Source: a virus | Taxonomy: Duplodnaviria; Heunggongvirae; Uroviricota; Caudoviricetes | DNA: 64,000 nt | Reading direction: 5' to 3' (one strand) | Virus record (IMG/VR): IMGVR_UViG_3300024269_000017 | Notes under the pieces: model-generated | The model's input: only the letters and a program-made list of their open reading frames with translations | What the model was told of the DNA's origin: nothing | The model's database searches: none | Shown here: one piece after another, positions 24,701-38,789 of the stretch | Layout of the letters: every line of letters begins with the position of its first letter | How positions within the stretch are numbered: position 1 is the stretch's first letter | Program-made: the position numbers and the translations under genes

Positions 24701-24759
24701 ATTGTATAAATCGCATCAAATAAATCGTTTTGCAAATTACCATTTTTCTATTCTGCCAT
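18766..24759 (-). CDS. very large (~1998-codon) tail gene (Dit/Tal-like position after the tape measure) with >=15 in-frame TAGs; may be more than one gene
   Basis: all ORF-track fragments between 18805 and 24318 are in one frame; gaps stepped by hand (19747-19824, 21289-21459, 21688-22035, 23254-23289, 23737-23874, 24319-24759) contain only TAG; ATG at 24757-59 behind AAAGGAGATGAAAC; TAA at 18766-68; Ser-Tyr 21-nt tandem repeats near C-terminus. Confidence 0.4.
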
Positions 24760-24840
24760 CCATGTTTCATCTCCTTTTACTCAAAACACTTCTATCTTTT
24801 TATAGAAAAATCGTGTGATATATTAGCCGAAATAGACCAA

Positions 24841-24870
24841 CCAAAAAGAAGGGGTCTCCGAAGAGACCCC
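24841..24870 (-). terminator. rho-independent terminator after tape measure gene
   Basis: GGGGTCTC-CGAA-GAGACCCC hairpin with T-run on minus strand directly after the TAA at 24880. Confidence 0.6.
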
Positions 24871-24879
24871 TTATATTTA

Positions 24880-27800
24880 TTAGCGTTTTGAACCAATGTA
24901 CTGAGCCGCGCGATTAATAAGATTATCAAAAGCATCTTGGATTTCATTACTATCTTGTACGTTCGGGAATTCTGCGGTAATATGAACTTGTTGTTGCAAT
25001 TCAGTTTCCTTGGTGGTTTGGGTAGTTTCTGCATGTAAATTATACATATTAGCTCTTGAAGCTGCGGTTGCCAAATTAATATATTCATCCATCATAGTTA
25101 ATGTGGCTTGATCAAGTTTATTTACTACTTTAACTGTATCAAGCAATTTTTGTGTATCATTTTGATTTAATACTAATTCCGGTCTACTCTTAGTGCCATC
25201 AACCCAAGCGGGGCCAGTATAATCAGCGAGGCCACCAGTGGCATATTTCTTGCCAGTTTTATCTTTAATTAGATCACCAAGCTTATTGCCAACAATAGCT
25301 CCTGCTACGCTAGTGACACCAGATCCAATGATCGCACCAACTGTGCCACCAACTTTAGAACCTACGCCTCCACCAACAACTCCACCAACAACTGCGCCTA
25401 GAACGGCACCAATATTTAATCCAGAAGATTTATCTTGTGTACCGGTTCCACCAGTGCCGCCAGTTTTACCACCTGTATCTCCAGTTTTATCATTGTTTTT
25501 AGTGGTGGTGGTATCTTTTTTGGTCGTAGTTGTAGTAGTTTTAGTGGTAGTTGTTGTAGTACTGCCAACACTCGCGCCGGCCAATTTTGCCTAGGCCTAA
25601 ATAACTTTCTAAATTTCTAAATACATTGATTCATAAGTACCAATAACACTATTTAATTTAGAAATATAATTATCCCAAGCTGTTGTAGTAGTATGAATTT
25701 GACTTACCTCTTGACGCAGTGAATCTGTCATTTTTACAGTTTCATTTTTTGCATCTTCTGTTACTTTATCATAAGTATTTACAGATTCGACCATACTACC
25801 ATAACTAGTATTTGTTAATATAGTTACTTCTGCAATTTTAGTTGCATAATCTGACATGGCCTGTTTAATACGATCATAAGCGGTTTCCATTTCATCTCGA
25901 TAATTATCAGTATCATTAATCATTTCACCAATAATTTCAGCAACAGTACCTTTTGTTCTATCTGTAATTTCTTCAACTGCAATACCATAATGATCAGCAA
26001 TTAATTCATTGGTTGTCATTGTATTTTCACTAACAATATTATATTGCTCTTGTAAATAACGAGAGCGTTCATAATAATGATCTAAAATCTCATTGATTCT
26101 TTGTTGTTTTTGTTCTTCTGTTAAAGTTTCATCCATAGCAATTTCTTTAATAGCTTCAAGCGTGTCTTGGCGTAATTGTAAAGTTTGATTATAAATATCT
26201 TGTTCGTATTCCCAATTGGTATCAGCCATTTGCTGAAGTACATCTTCATATTCTTGCTGGGCTTGATTAATAGCATCTTCATCAGCGGTATATTGATATA
26301 CCATGTTGCCTTCGCTATCACGAGTTAAGCGTACAGTACTCTTAGCGTTTTGAGCCTCTTCAAGAGCAATCTACTTAAGAAGAAGTTCATATTTAAGATT
26401 CATCATTTCAATTTCATATTCGCTTAATTCTTTTAATTCACTTTGAGCATTAATTTCATCTTGTAATGCTTTTAATTGCTTTTTATGTACACTAGAAGTT
26501 GTGTCGTTGATTGACTGTTGGATATTACGATTTAACTTACTAATTTCATATAGTTCACGCTGAGAAGAAACATATTGCTCCATTTCTTCCATGTAGAAAC
26601 CATATTCCTCAGTGAGCCAAGCAAGATCATTACCCACACCAACCATTGATTCTTCAAGATCTTTCATAATATCTTCGATTGTAGTATCGTACATATCTTT
26701 TAAGGCTTGAAGAGTTTCTTCAGTCTTAGATAGAATATTTGCTTGTACTTCATTCATTGTCTCTTGCAATGCCTCATATTGAATTCGTTCTGTTTCAGTT
26801 AATCCTTCCGCAGAGTTCATGCGCGCAAGATAATATTGCTCTTCTTCTTTAAGTACATTAAGATAGGACATTTGAGATTCAAGAGAAGCCATATTATAAT
26901 CATATTGCTTTTCATAGAAGAATAACAAATCTTCAAATGTTTGTCCTTTACCCATAAGCTGAAGAATAGACATATAAGAGCCCATAGCTTCAGAAGCAGC
27001 ATCAATTTTTGCAGTATGCTTGTCAAGTTCTTCACTAGCAAGTTCAAGAGTCTTACCATAAAGTTCTTCAATTGCTTTTTTAGCTTCTTGAATTGCCTCA
27101 AGATTATCAAGAATTTGAGATTGAATATCCTGTAGACCTGCAACGTAATCAGCTTGATTAAGATCTCCCGCCGCGAATGCAGCTTCAAGTTCTTGACGAG
27201 CTGTGGCAAGATAACTTAAATTCTATTCTGCGATTTGTCCTTGACGAATATAATTATCCATAAGAAGATCTTGTTTTTCAAGAACTTCATCATATTTATC
27301 ATTAATATAATCAAGATAATCTTTTTCAGCTTCATTAATTTCAACTTTGTATTCGACTTTATATTGAATCTTTTCAAGAGTCTTTTCAGAAATTTGATTC
27401 TGCAATTCAAGAATTTCATTTTGTTTGTCACCAATAAGGTTTAAAGTTTCTTGATATTGATCAATCCATTCCAAGGCTTCTTCAAACCATTCGTCCATTT
27501 GCTCTTTTTCTTCTTCCATATTTTCTTGAGCAGAAGCATCAGCAGCGTTGTATTTATCAATAAATGCATTGTATTTAGCTAAAATAGAATCCATTAAAGC
27601 ATCATAATTAGAAATATTCCCTTCGCCATCAAAAGTAGCACCAAGAGAAGCAACTCTCTATTTATCAACTGCTAACCACTCTTGAGCCTATCTGACATAT
27701 TCTTCCTATAAGCCAATTTCTTGTTCAATTAAAGAAATTTCTGCTTCTAAATTTTTTAAATAAGATTCTCCATAAACACGCTTTTTAACTTTATCTACTT

Positions 27801-30800
27801 TTTCTAATGCATCCGCCATACGCTCTAATGCATTATCTACTTGGAAATAGCGCTGTTTATGATCTTCTGGCTTCTTTTTATCAAGCTTCTTTGGCTTTCC
27901 GCCACCTCCGCCACCTCCACCTCCGCCGCCACCACCGGTGATACCTCCACCATAGGTGCCTTTGTTAGTGATAGTTTTAATAGCAAAACCTTTAACCATA
28001 CCATCAACAGGATTGGCATGAACACTTAAAGGAATATAAAAGTCTTGACCATTTTCACCATGGGCGATATAACTACCTGCTTTTGCAGACCACTCTGTTT
28101 GTTCCACTGGAAATTCTTTAGTTTCAACCTGCATATCCATTCCCAATGCCGCAGCCAAAGCTTGCATAATACTTGCTGCTTCATTCGCATTAGAGGCTAA
28201 ACCAGAGACAAAACCAGCCAATGAAGTTAAGTTATTCGCAACCACTTGACCCATTTCGCCTTCTCCTAACAATTCACTCCAATTAAGAGCTTTACCTTCT
28301 GGTAAACCATTAACTGCTGTTGATAAGGCTTCAAGCTCATCCGTCATAGATGAAATATCAGCATTACCTGTTAATTGATCTAAAATATGCTTAGAAGCTT
28401 TTTCTTGCAATCTATCGTAAGCTCCATCGACACCATCGGCAGCATCCTACAAATCTTTTAATACGTCATCTTGTAACATAAAGTCTTCTGTTAATGCTTC
28501 AATTCCCTTATCATCCAAATCGAGAACATCACCATACATTTCTTTCATGTCATCAAGAGCTTTTTTATGTTCAACAGTGCCCTTCTATGCCTCTTTTAAT
28601 GTTTTAGAATATGTTTTTAAATTGGACTAAACAGATTTTAAACCCTTTTGAACTCTTGCATATGAAGCTGCCAATTTGATATTATCTTCTTCTGTTTCTC
28701 CATTAATTTCGCCTAATTCTTTTAGATATTCTGTATATTCTTTTAATTCTTCAACACTACCAAAACCAGCTTTAGTTGCCAAATCATCAAGGGAAGCTTC
28801 AAAATTATCCTCTCCAGTACCAGTTGTAGCATCATCTTTAGCTTCTTGTGTCTCTTCTTTTACCCCTCCAATAATTTGATCAAATGCTGAAAGTACATCT
28901 AACCATTTCTATGGATCCCATCCAAGAGCAGTTAAGTCTGCCATCGCCGATGCTTTATCTTGATCAGTAGTTGCAGAAGATAATCTTAATAACGCCTTTT
29001 GCTCTGCTTCAGAAAATTCTATACCATAAGGAGAAAATTTTTCTGTGTTACCTGCAATAAGGCCCGCAATCGCAGCTTCTTGATCGGTATATTTATCATC
29101 TGTAAAATCACGAGTTTCTCCTTCTTTATTTGTCGTAGCAACTTCAATTGATTTTAAAATTGTATCAAAACCTGCCATAGCAACAGATTCCAAGTTCGCT
29201 GCCCAAGTTTCAGGATTAACGCTATCACTTAATTCATATTCTCCCCAACGATTGGCTTCAAATTCACCTCTAGCTCTAATCTCAGCCCTTTTATAAGCTT
29301 CTGCATCAGAAATCTCTTCTCCGTTTGCTTTAGCTTTAGTTTTTTCCTATTCTGCATATGCAGCAATAACTTCTGCATATTCTTCTGCTGTTAATGCTTC
29401 ACCTTCTCGGACTTTATCAGCAATATCTGTACGAGTTTTATAAATATTTGCTGCACCTGCCAAAGACATAAGTGCTTCCGCTGCGGCTTGAGCCGCAGTT
29501 GCAACTGCATTAATCGCAGTTTGCAGAGGTCCCTCTAAAGTAAATCCTGCAGCCTTTAATCGATCTTCAAAAGCTTGTACAGAAGCAGGATCTCCCCAAT
29601 CAACACCAGAAAGAGCATTGGAAAATTCATCTAATCTTTCTACCGGAACTGCTTTTAACATTGCTTTCATTCGATCAATACCAATTTGTCCAGCAGAAGC
29701 TTCGGCATTGGCCAAAATATTTGCCGCAGTCTCTTGATCTTCGGCAGTATCAAAAATGTAGTTATCACTAATCATTTCTTCATAAGCAGATTTAACTCTC
29801 TGAGAAAACTTACCATTAGCAATATCAAAAGTCTTAGCTCCATTATTTACCGCGGTAATAATGGCTGCATAAAATCCATCTACATCTTTAGCAATTGCTG
29901 CACCCTATTGCGTTAAACTAAGATTACCTTCTTCATCTTCGGTTAAATATCCTGCTTGAATACCCCAATTTTTCATTAAAGTGGTATCAGTTGGTAAAGC
30001 ATATTTTCCGTCTTTTAAAGAAAGTCCCAGTCCCATCGCCAAAGTGTTTTTGTTTTCTGCCCATGCATTACGACCAACATCAAAATATCCTTCTGCTAAA
30101 TTTGCCTAGGATAAAATATAAGCCGTTGCAGGATCTATACCTAATACTTTAGCAATTTGCTCCGGGTCTTGCTTAAAAGCTGCATCAATATAAATACCCT
30201 CTTGAGACCAATTTCTATTTGTATACCCTTCAACATCTTTGTATAATGCCGTTTCTACAGCAGCTAAAGCCTCAGAACCACCAGTTCCATCACTATCAAA
30301 TAATGCAGAAACCAATTTCCAATTATCTGCATTCTATAGCCAATCTGTAGTTACTTCTGTCCCAAAAATTAAAGTTAAAATATCAGCTAAAGCTTTAAAT
30401 TTTTCCAAATTTGCTTCAGTAATAGTGGAATCTGCCATATCTTGATTTAATGCAGTAAAATCTGACAACATACCAATTAAAGAATTAAATCCTTTGGCTC
30501 GATTTGATTTAATTACTGCATCTTCATAAGCTTGCTATGTTGTAATTGCTGCATTAGAATTATATAATTTTAATTCTTCTAAGTCATAACCATTCGCACT
30601 AGCGATATTAGATAAAATTGAATCTCTTGCCCAAGCTGGGATGGTAGAAAAATCTGCTTTACCATCTTTCGTAAAACCTGCATTAATTAAATCTGTAAAT
30701 GAAGTAACTGTTGCGTACCAACTATTTAAATCTTCTGATGTAACCTATAAGGTATCTCGACTAGCCCATAAAGTTCCAATTCGACTATTAACATCCTATT

Positions 30801-33800
30801 TTTCTGTATCAGTAGATGATTCTAACCACTTATCCAAAGCAGTTTTGCCTGCTGTATCTTTGGTAATATCATCTAACCCTAAAAGCAGAGATAATAATTT
30901 GCGATCTTCTGACGTTAAATTATCAAAATCAATTAAAGCATCTTCTGTATTTGCGAATTTATTTAAAATTTCATATAATGTATTTGAAAATAAAATTGAT
31001 TTAGACAATGCATTGTCTTGTGAATTTGCGATATATTGCCATTCTTCACCAATTTTTGCAAATTGATCTTGAGTTAAAATACCATACTATTCTAATAAAT
31101 CTAACTCTTCTTGTGAGATCAATCCACCCTCTTGAATTGTTGCTAAAATTTCAGACAATGCAGGAATAGCATTTTTAAAATTTAATAAATTATCGGTTGA
31201 ACGAGATGATTGTGTCTAATGATAATTGTTTAATCCATCAACTTGTGATAAATCTAAAGTTCCACCTTTTGTAAAAAGGCTTAAAATTTTATTTATATCC
31301 CCATTAGCCCAATCTTTAATTAATTGCTATTCGTAACCACTAAGTTCTGATAACATTTTTTGCTATCTTCTAGTTAACTAATTGCCAAATTCGCCCCATT
31401 CTGAAACCCATGCAGTAGAATCTTCCAATAAAGTTGCCAAATTACCTTCTGAAAAAATGCCTAAAATGTCACCGCCATAAATATCTGCCAATGCACTCTA
31501 ATGCTGTGCAAACACAGCTTGCCCTTCTTCGGTTTGGTAATATGCTAACTCTTCTCCTGTAAGGACATCCATATTACCTTTTGATAAATATAATTTCTAT
31601 AATACAGGATCTGCAGTTGCGTAACTAGAAATTAAAGGACTTATATACTACTCTGGATTATTCATAATATCAGTAAGAGTAGGCATAGATAATAATGACG
31701 TAATAGGAATTAATAAATCTTCGACGTCTTCTGACAAAGATTTAATTGTAATCATACCAGACTCTTTATCATAATTATCCATTAATTTGTCTGTTGTCCA
31801 ATCATATTGACTAATATCATAATCGCTATTGGTTGCGAGATAATCTCGATATGATAATAAATAACCACCCATTTGAGCCCAATCTTGTGCTTCTGCATCA
31901 GGCACCCAATTCTCAGGTAAAGAATTTACTAAAATTTCTTCTAATTTATATGGGAGAGCAGTCTATAGCCATTTCATTGTATCTGCATCATATTTAGCAG
32001 TTTTATTATTGTCATTTAATAAATAATTAGCTAAAATGCCATATTGTGCAGGCTACCAAAGAGCATCAGCCCTTGCTTTAGCTGCCCCTTGTGCAAACAC
32101 AGTATCTGTATTTACAGTTAAAACACCTGTATCTGTTAAAGCTCCTACAAAAGCGTTTGGATCAAAAACACTGCCATATTGAGCAGATGGATCCATCCAT
32201 AAATGAAGCTATTGCTCTAATGCGTAAGGTAAATGTCCATTGTTTAAATAATCTAAAACTGCTTCTCCGGCATTTTTATATGTTTTATCATATTGTGTAC
32301 TTGCCCAAGTTAAAGCTTCAGTAACAACAGTATTAATTAACGCTCTTTGATCATATTCATAATCATCGCCACTAAGAGTCTTAAAAAACTTGTCGCCATC
32401 TGCGCTGTTTAATAACCATTGAATCGCTTCATAATTTTCAACAGACCAGCCTTGTGTTGTGTCATAACCAACCTCTTGTGCATCCTCAGGAGTTAAATTA
32501 TGTCTAGTTTCTCCCGATGGACTAGTAAAAGTTGTAGCATATTCAGGCTTAAAAGCGGTACCATATGGATTTGCCCAACCTAATATATATGGCAAAGAAC
32601 TTTCTCGTGATCCAAGTGCCTCTAATCCCGGAAAAGCTTCTTGTAAAATTTCAGGAATTATTTCTGAAGTAGTTTCCCACTTAATAGCTCCAAATAACAT
32701 AGAATGCTTAGTAGTTTTTGTTTCAGTATTAGTTAAAACATTTCCTGAAGCTCCCGCCATTTCAGCACGTCTTTCTTGCGCAATTTCCAATTGACGCATG
32801 GATGATTCTCCTAACGCTGACCAAGCATACTGCATACCTAAATTACGTTGTTCAACTTCTAAGGCTCTAGAGACCAATAGATCCATATTAATCAAGCCAT
32901 TATCATCATATAAAGAACTTAAATCAAAATTATCTCCAAAATATTTTATTGGATCTTTTAATATCTTCCCCAATAAAGGATATGCACTTAATAATTCTAA
33001 AGTCGCAGACTAAACATTACTTAATGCTTGATACCATGCTGAAGTTCCTTCAGTGCAATTATCTAATGCTTCTCTAACACTTGTATAAGAATCAAAATCA
33101 TCTTCTAAAGAAGATATTTTATTTTTAGTATTGGTAATTGCTGTGCTTAACTCTTCAACCTAAGATTTTAAATTTTGCAAATTTTCATCTACACTCATAG
33201 GCTTTTCGACTTCTTTTCTAAAAGCAACGAATGCACCTACAACTAAAGCCAATGCTCCTACAATTAAAGTTAATGGCCAAATTGCAGTATTTAATGCAAC
33301 ACCAAAACCTGTGACTGCATGTGTTGCACCAGCCGCGCCTGCTCCAACCGCAGCCGTTCCTGCCGCGCCAGCAGCTCCAGCAGCAGGCAATAGTGACATT
33401 ACGCCGATTAAGCCTTGACTGATAGAAACAAGAGTCATTACAGTTGTAATAACAAATCCTAAAATTGCATCGAATTTTTCCCAGCCAGACACTTCAGGAT
33501 CTTTTAATGTGTCAACTAAACCCTTAAAAGAATTAATTAAACCATAAATTGATTCAAGACTTCCTGCAATATCTAAAACTGCATTTAAATTTTTAGATGT
33601 TTTTTGTGCGGCTTGAGCAAAAGCTTGTTCCATCTTTTCGCCAGCTTCTTCTGCATCTTTACCCAGTTTATCTAATTTAGATCCACCTTTTTCCCATTCT
33701 TGGAATAACTCTTCAAAACGGCTTTTTAATTCTGGTGGTACCATATTTAAAATAATCGCTTTAATTTTTGGTACATTTTTAGATAATTTCGCTTCAGCCT

Positions 33801-36255
33801 TAGACATACCTTCAGAAATTAAATTAAATAATTGTTCAATTTCTGCTTTTGTTTTATCCCCAGCAAAAGCTTCTTCTAATGATCCAGCGTTGCCTTTAAT
33901 TTTCGCAACTTGACCATTAATTAATTTACTACCTGTTTCTTGTCCAATTCGTTCTAATTCTTTAGCATATTGCAATAGATCTTTTAGAATTTCAGCATCA
34001 CTACGATTAGATGCAAATAATTCTGGTGCTTCAATTGTTCCAAAAGTTTGTTCAATTTGTTTTCCCATATTTTTAACATCTCCAAAAGCTGTAACCAATG
34101 TCTAAGCAGAAGAAACCGCCTAATCAAATGTTAAATTTTCTAAATCCTTAAAACCTAATTTAGTAAAACTAGAACCAAGCTCTTGTGCAAGCTAAGATAC
34201 GGTTTTTTCAAGTTCTTTAGTGGAAGTAGCATCTGTTGTAAACTTAACTTTAATATCAGCCGCATCCACTAAAAATTTTTTATTTGCTTCTTCTGTAAAT
34301 TTTTTCTTTTCTCGCGCATTTAAATAAGCATAATCCTTATTCTATTTATGAGCTCTAGCTTTAGCTTCTTGACTTACTACTTCATCTACTAATGAAGATT
34401 TTTCTTTTTTCATGTTAGTCTGACGTTTTTGCTCTAATTGCATTAACTCATTTAATGCAGCAATTTGTTCTTGATAAGCTGAAATTACTGCTTTAGCTTG
34501 CGCAATTTGTCCTTCTGACATATTTTTTGATGCAACTAATAATTGATCTTTTTTCTCAGAAACTTTTAAAGCTGCATTAATTTGCATATCTTGTGATGGA
34601 TCTAATACTGAACTATCTTTCTAAATTTTTTGTAACTCTTGACGCATCTGCGCTGAATTTTGTAAAAATCTAGTTTGTTCATTCATTCCAGTAAATGCGT
34701 CTTTAATTTTTGTAGTAATTTTTGTAATACCGTTTGCAATATCATCACTAAAAGCTTGAGTTAATGCACCACCAACAGTTCCGATAATACCAGCGACACC
34801 GCCCATACCATCAATTAAGCCGCCAAGAGTAGTTACAATTTTTTCAATTGCATTAGTCACTCCGACCAAAGCTTTATCATTAATTAAACTACTAAAAATT
34901 TTTTCCCAGGCTGCTTGAACTCTTCTGGATGCTGCCTCCCAAGATTCTGCTGCAATATCTGCCATTTCTTGTAAAGAACCTTCCGCATTTGTTGCAATAG
35001 ACATATTGGACTTATACATAGAAGAATTTTCCATTAAGGCCATCCATTGAGTATATTGTCGTTTACCGGCAATCACTTGTGCTATAGCAGTTTGCTCTGC
35101 TCGTCCCATTTCTCCCCATTTGGCCATTAAATCTTCAATAATTGTTCCCATATCTCTCAATTCGCCGTTAGCATCTAAAATAGATACACCAACTTTTTCT
35201 AATTGAGAAGATACTTGTCCAAGATTTACCCCGTCTTCTAATGTCTCTCCAAGTTTCAAATCACCAATACGAGCAAAAATTGTTTTAAATGCAGTACCAA
35301 TAGATTCTGCGGATTCACGAGTAACAGAACTAACTGTAGCAATAATGGAAGAAACTTGCTCCATTGATACACCAACTGTATTAGAAGTTGCAGCTACTTT
35401 TTGCATAGAAGTTGCAATTTCTTCTAAGCTAGTGGCGGTTTTTGCACCAAGGGCTGCCATAATATCTACATATCGTTCAAGTTCATCAGCACCGACTTGA
35501 TAAGAGTTCCATACTGCAGTTAAATATTCTGACATTTCTTGTGCAGAAGTATTAAAACTTGAATTAGCTGCCTTAATTGTAATTGCTGCTTTTTTAGCTA
35601 CCTATTCTGCACTATCGCCCTATTGAAAATAAATCAAAGATGCATCAGCATATGCTTTAGTGGTTGTAGATAATTCTCTCGCCGCGCGATTAGCCTATAC
35701 AGCAAATCGAGACATATCTTCTGCACTTTGTCCAGTAACAATACGAATATTTGTTAAAGAACTATTTAAATCTTTTACATAGGACACAGCTCCAGATAAT
35801 GCACTTTCTAAACCATGTACCATTGTAGAAGATAATTCCCATTTTACTGTATTTTTTAAAGTCTGTCCCCATGCAGCTAATGTGCTATTCATGCGCTTAA
35901 TTGGTACTTCTGCACTGGCAATAACAGAAGCCAATTGTGAAAAAGCTGCTTGACCAGTTTGTCCTGCATCTAATAAAGCATTGCCTAATTGAGTAACAGA
36001 TGTGCCAGCTTTATTTAAACTATTAACAAATGTGTTAAGATTTAATTCACCAGTATTTACATTAGTAGCCTCTTGTAAATGCTTTTTTAAATCTTGCGCA
36101 GCTTCAGAAGCTTTTTTAAGTGCTGAATCTGAAATTGCTACTTCCAAATCCACAGTTGACACTTTATTTAAGCTTTTTTGTAATTCACTTAAAGCTTTTT
36201 TAGCCTAAGAGGTGTCAGCATTAAATTGTAATGTAAACTATCTGTTTCCAGCCAT
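24880..36255 (-). CDS. tape measure protein, ~3791 codons, dozens of in-frame TAGs
   Basis: 15 ORF-track fragments (24880...36162) all in one frame; coiled-coil-rich sequence, hydrophobic Ala/Gly transmembrane-like segment (33160-34098 fragment), C-terminal Thr-rich region; ATG at 36253-55 after AAGGAGATTG RBS with TAG as codons 6 and 17; TAA stop followed by terminator. Confidence 0.6.
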
Positions 36256-36280
36256 TTACACAATCTCCTTTCTCTCAAAA

Positions 36281-36311
36281 AAGCCTGACACAAATATTGT
36301 GTCAGGCTTTT
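36281..36311 (-). terminator. terminator between chaperone gene and tape measure gene
   Basis: AAGCCTGACAC...GTGTCAGGCTT hairpin flanked by A/T runs. Confidence 0.45.
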
Positions 36312-36344
36312 CTCCTAATCTCTATCAAAGTTTATTTAAATAAA

Positions 36345-36869
36345 TTAACCAATCTTATCAAGAATATCCTTCACTAATCCAATCTTATCAGGTTGATCAA
36401 GTGTTTTCATAATCTCTTCAACATTCAATTTAGTAGCATCATAATCATTAGTTACAGTTTTCATCATTCCAACAAAAGAATTCAAATACTTAACAGTATG
36501 CTCCGCACAATCTTCAATCGCATCAAAAATAGCATCATATTCATCTTCGGGAATTGCAGCAATAACATGATCAAGAACTTCATTAATCATTAATAGATCA
36601 TAAGTATTCGGAGCATTTTCTATCATCTTATCAGTAATAGAAATATTTGTATAAGTTTTTACAATTTCAAGAATTGCATAAACTTCTAAACGAACAGGAT
36701 TCAAAAATCCAGTATCGTCAATAGTCAAATTCAATACTCGCTCAACAAGAGCAAGCTTATCATTTACAGGAAGATACTGAATGACTTCAACTTCCTGTTC
36801 ACCAATCTTAATAGTCTGTGGATCAACCTTCTTAATAGGGGTGACCGCTTTCAAAGAAACTTTAGCCAT
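36345..36869 (-). CDS. tail assembly chaperone-like acidic protein (174 aa)
   Basis: ORF track; lies immediately upstream of tape measure gene; AGGAGAGATTAGC RBS. Confidence 0.5.
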   Translation of the reverse strand: MAKVSLKAVTPIKKVDPQTIKIGEQEVEVIQYLPVNDKLALVERVLNLTIDDTGFLNPVRLEVYAILEIVKTYTNISITDKMIENAPNTYDLLMINEVLDHVIAAIPEDEYDAIFDAIEDCAEHTVKYLNSFVGMMKTVTNDYDATKLNVEEIMKTLDQPDKIGLVKDILDKIG

Positions 36870-36902
36870 GCTAATCTCTCCTTTTTCTCATTTTATGTAT
36901 AT

Positions 36903-36931
36903 ATTATACCAGAAAATTTTTTGTTTGTCAA
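36903..36931 (-). promoter_or_regulatory. sigma70-type promoter (TTGACA-17-TATAAT) reading into chaperone/tape-measure operon
   Basis: minus strand reads acTTGACAaacaaaaaattttctggTATAATatatac; same TTGACAAAC -35 as the early promoters. Confidence 0.5.
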
Positions 36932-37060
36932 GTTAAATCATCGCGTTCGTCCAATCTAATCTAATATACTTTCTAAATCTGCTAATTCAGATTCAATAAG
37001 CTATACAATCTAATTTCGTTTAGGTCCTATTATTGTTGCTGAAAATTGTCGAGCCCAATA

Positions 37061-38215
37061 CTACTTTTCTTCTAAATCCATTTTGGCTTCAAAATCTTTG
37101 ATACGTAATGCAAATTTATATACAGTTTCCATACCCGCCGCGGATGCGCCATTACTCTTTACGCCATAATAAATAGTTTTACCATTAATATCTACTCCGC
37201 CTTCAATATCTTCTGATAAGAAACCTGGAGCATTATCTACTTGATGTAACCATCCTCGTACAAAATCATCAATGCGCTCATCCCAATTGCCATGATTAGG
37301 TTTTAAAAAATCTGGCATAATGTCAACTGGATTTTTTAAATTGGGATTATTCATAAGCCTTGTGCTAAAAGTTACTAAAATATTTGCATAAGTTTCTGCT
37401 AAATCACCTAAAGAGCTGATTTCTACTTTATTCCATTCTCCGCCAATTTTCCACATTAAAAGATTAGTGCCTTTATCTTGCGCAATTTCCATTCTACGAG
37501 ATAACTCATCATAAAATGCGGTTAATTGAGTCCCAATAGTTTCTAAAGCTTTATCTATTAAAGTAAAATGTTTGCCATCTGAATCTTTAATAGTTTTAAC
37601 ACGAGCGGTTGCACGACCACCATGACTCAAAGAAGCAAAGTCTGTATATAAATATTTTTCACTAAATTCTTTTGCATTACCCAATAAACGAATATCCACA
37701 GTGCCTTTTTTACCTTTAACAACATACAAATATTCAATACGTCTATTCACTAAATCTAATAGTGCATTTTGAAACTCATTACGTGCCTATTCAGCAGTTA
37801 ATAATAGTTTATCAATTGTTCTTTGTTTGCCTTCTAATACACGTAACTTTTGTCGCTGTGCTTCTGCTTCTTTTTTTATATTTAATAATTGTTCCATAGC
37901 TTCTCTGCCAGAATCATCCAAAGATAACTCACCAGACTAATATGCTCTAATTGTATTAATACGGATTTTTGCTATACCAGTGCGCTTCTAAGTTTCTGTT
38001 AATTGTGTCATATATTTAGAAGCTATAGCATTATATTCACTCACAGCTGCATCTAATACCTGATAAGCATCTACAAATAATTTAGCTTTTTCGCGTAATA
38101 CCTATCCTTGTATATTATTTTCATCTACTAAAGCGTCAGAAGCTTTTGATAAAATATCAATAATATCATCTGCCGCTTTTTGGGCTGCTTCTGTTATAAA
38201 ACTATATTTTCCCAT
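37061..38215 (-). CDS. ~385-codon tail/coiled-coil protein with 4 in-frame TAGs
   Basis: ORF 37061-37750 extends upstream in frame; hand-stepped 37751-38224 is open except TAG at 37787, 37937, 37988, 38102; ATG after AAGGAGTAATTGACT RBS; TAA directly upstream of ATG. Confidence 0.55.
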
Positions 38216-38228
38216 AGTCAATTACTCC

Positions 38229-38762
38229 TTAAGACAAAGGCTTAATTTGATCTTCTACTCCATGTACGGCATCATAAGTTGCAGACAATCCGCATAATTC
38301 ACTATTCATATTTAAACCAGAACAAATTCTTAATGTAACTTCTCCAATTCCAGTTAGCTTTTGACCATTTAACATAGCATCAATTTCGCCCATAATTTTA
38401 TAAGGACGTAAAGCAAAATCACCAAGATTCCAGTGATCTGGATGACATAAAACTTTAATTTCAATTGCACAATCTCTAAATTCAGGATTAGTGTCATTTG
38501 GCATAAAATCAGTCATAGATACAATAATATAATTAGGACATTCTTTATCAATAAAAATCCAAGGCACAATTTTAATTTGCTTATTGATCATAGACAATTT
38601 TTGTGCCATGGTTAAATTTTCTGCTTTTAAACAATCTTTTTCAGTATAATAAAGCAGTTTACATAATCTATCATTGTTTAGAATTTTATTAATAATGATC
38701 GATAAATCTTTATCTACAGATAAAAAACTGGATTTTGGGAAAAAATTTTGTCCGACTTTCAT
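38229..38762 (-). CDS. hypothetical tail/neck protein (177 aa)
   Basis: ORF track; no TAG. Confidence 0.6.
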   Translation of the reverse strand: MKVGQNFFPKSSFLSVDKDLSIIINKILNNDRLCKLLYYTEKDCLKAENLTMAQKLSMINKQIKIVPWIFIDKECPNYIIVSMTDFMPNDTNPEFRDCAIEIKVLCHPDHWNLGDFALRPYKIMGEIDAMLNGQKLTGIGEVTLRICSGLNMNSELCGLSATYDAVHGVEDQIKPLS

Positions 38763-38789
38763 ATATCATTCTCCTTTTTCGCAAATAAA

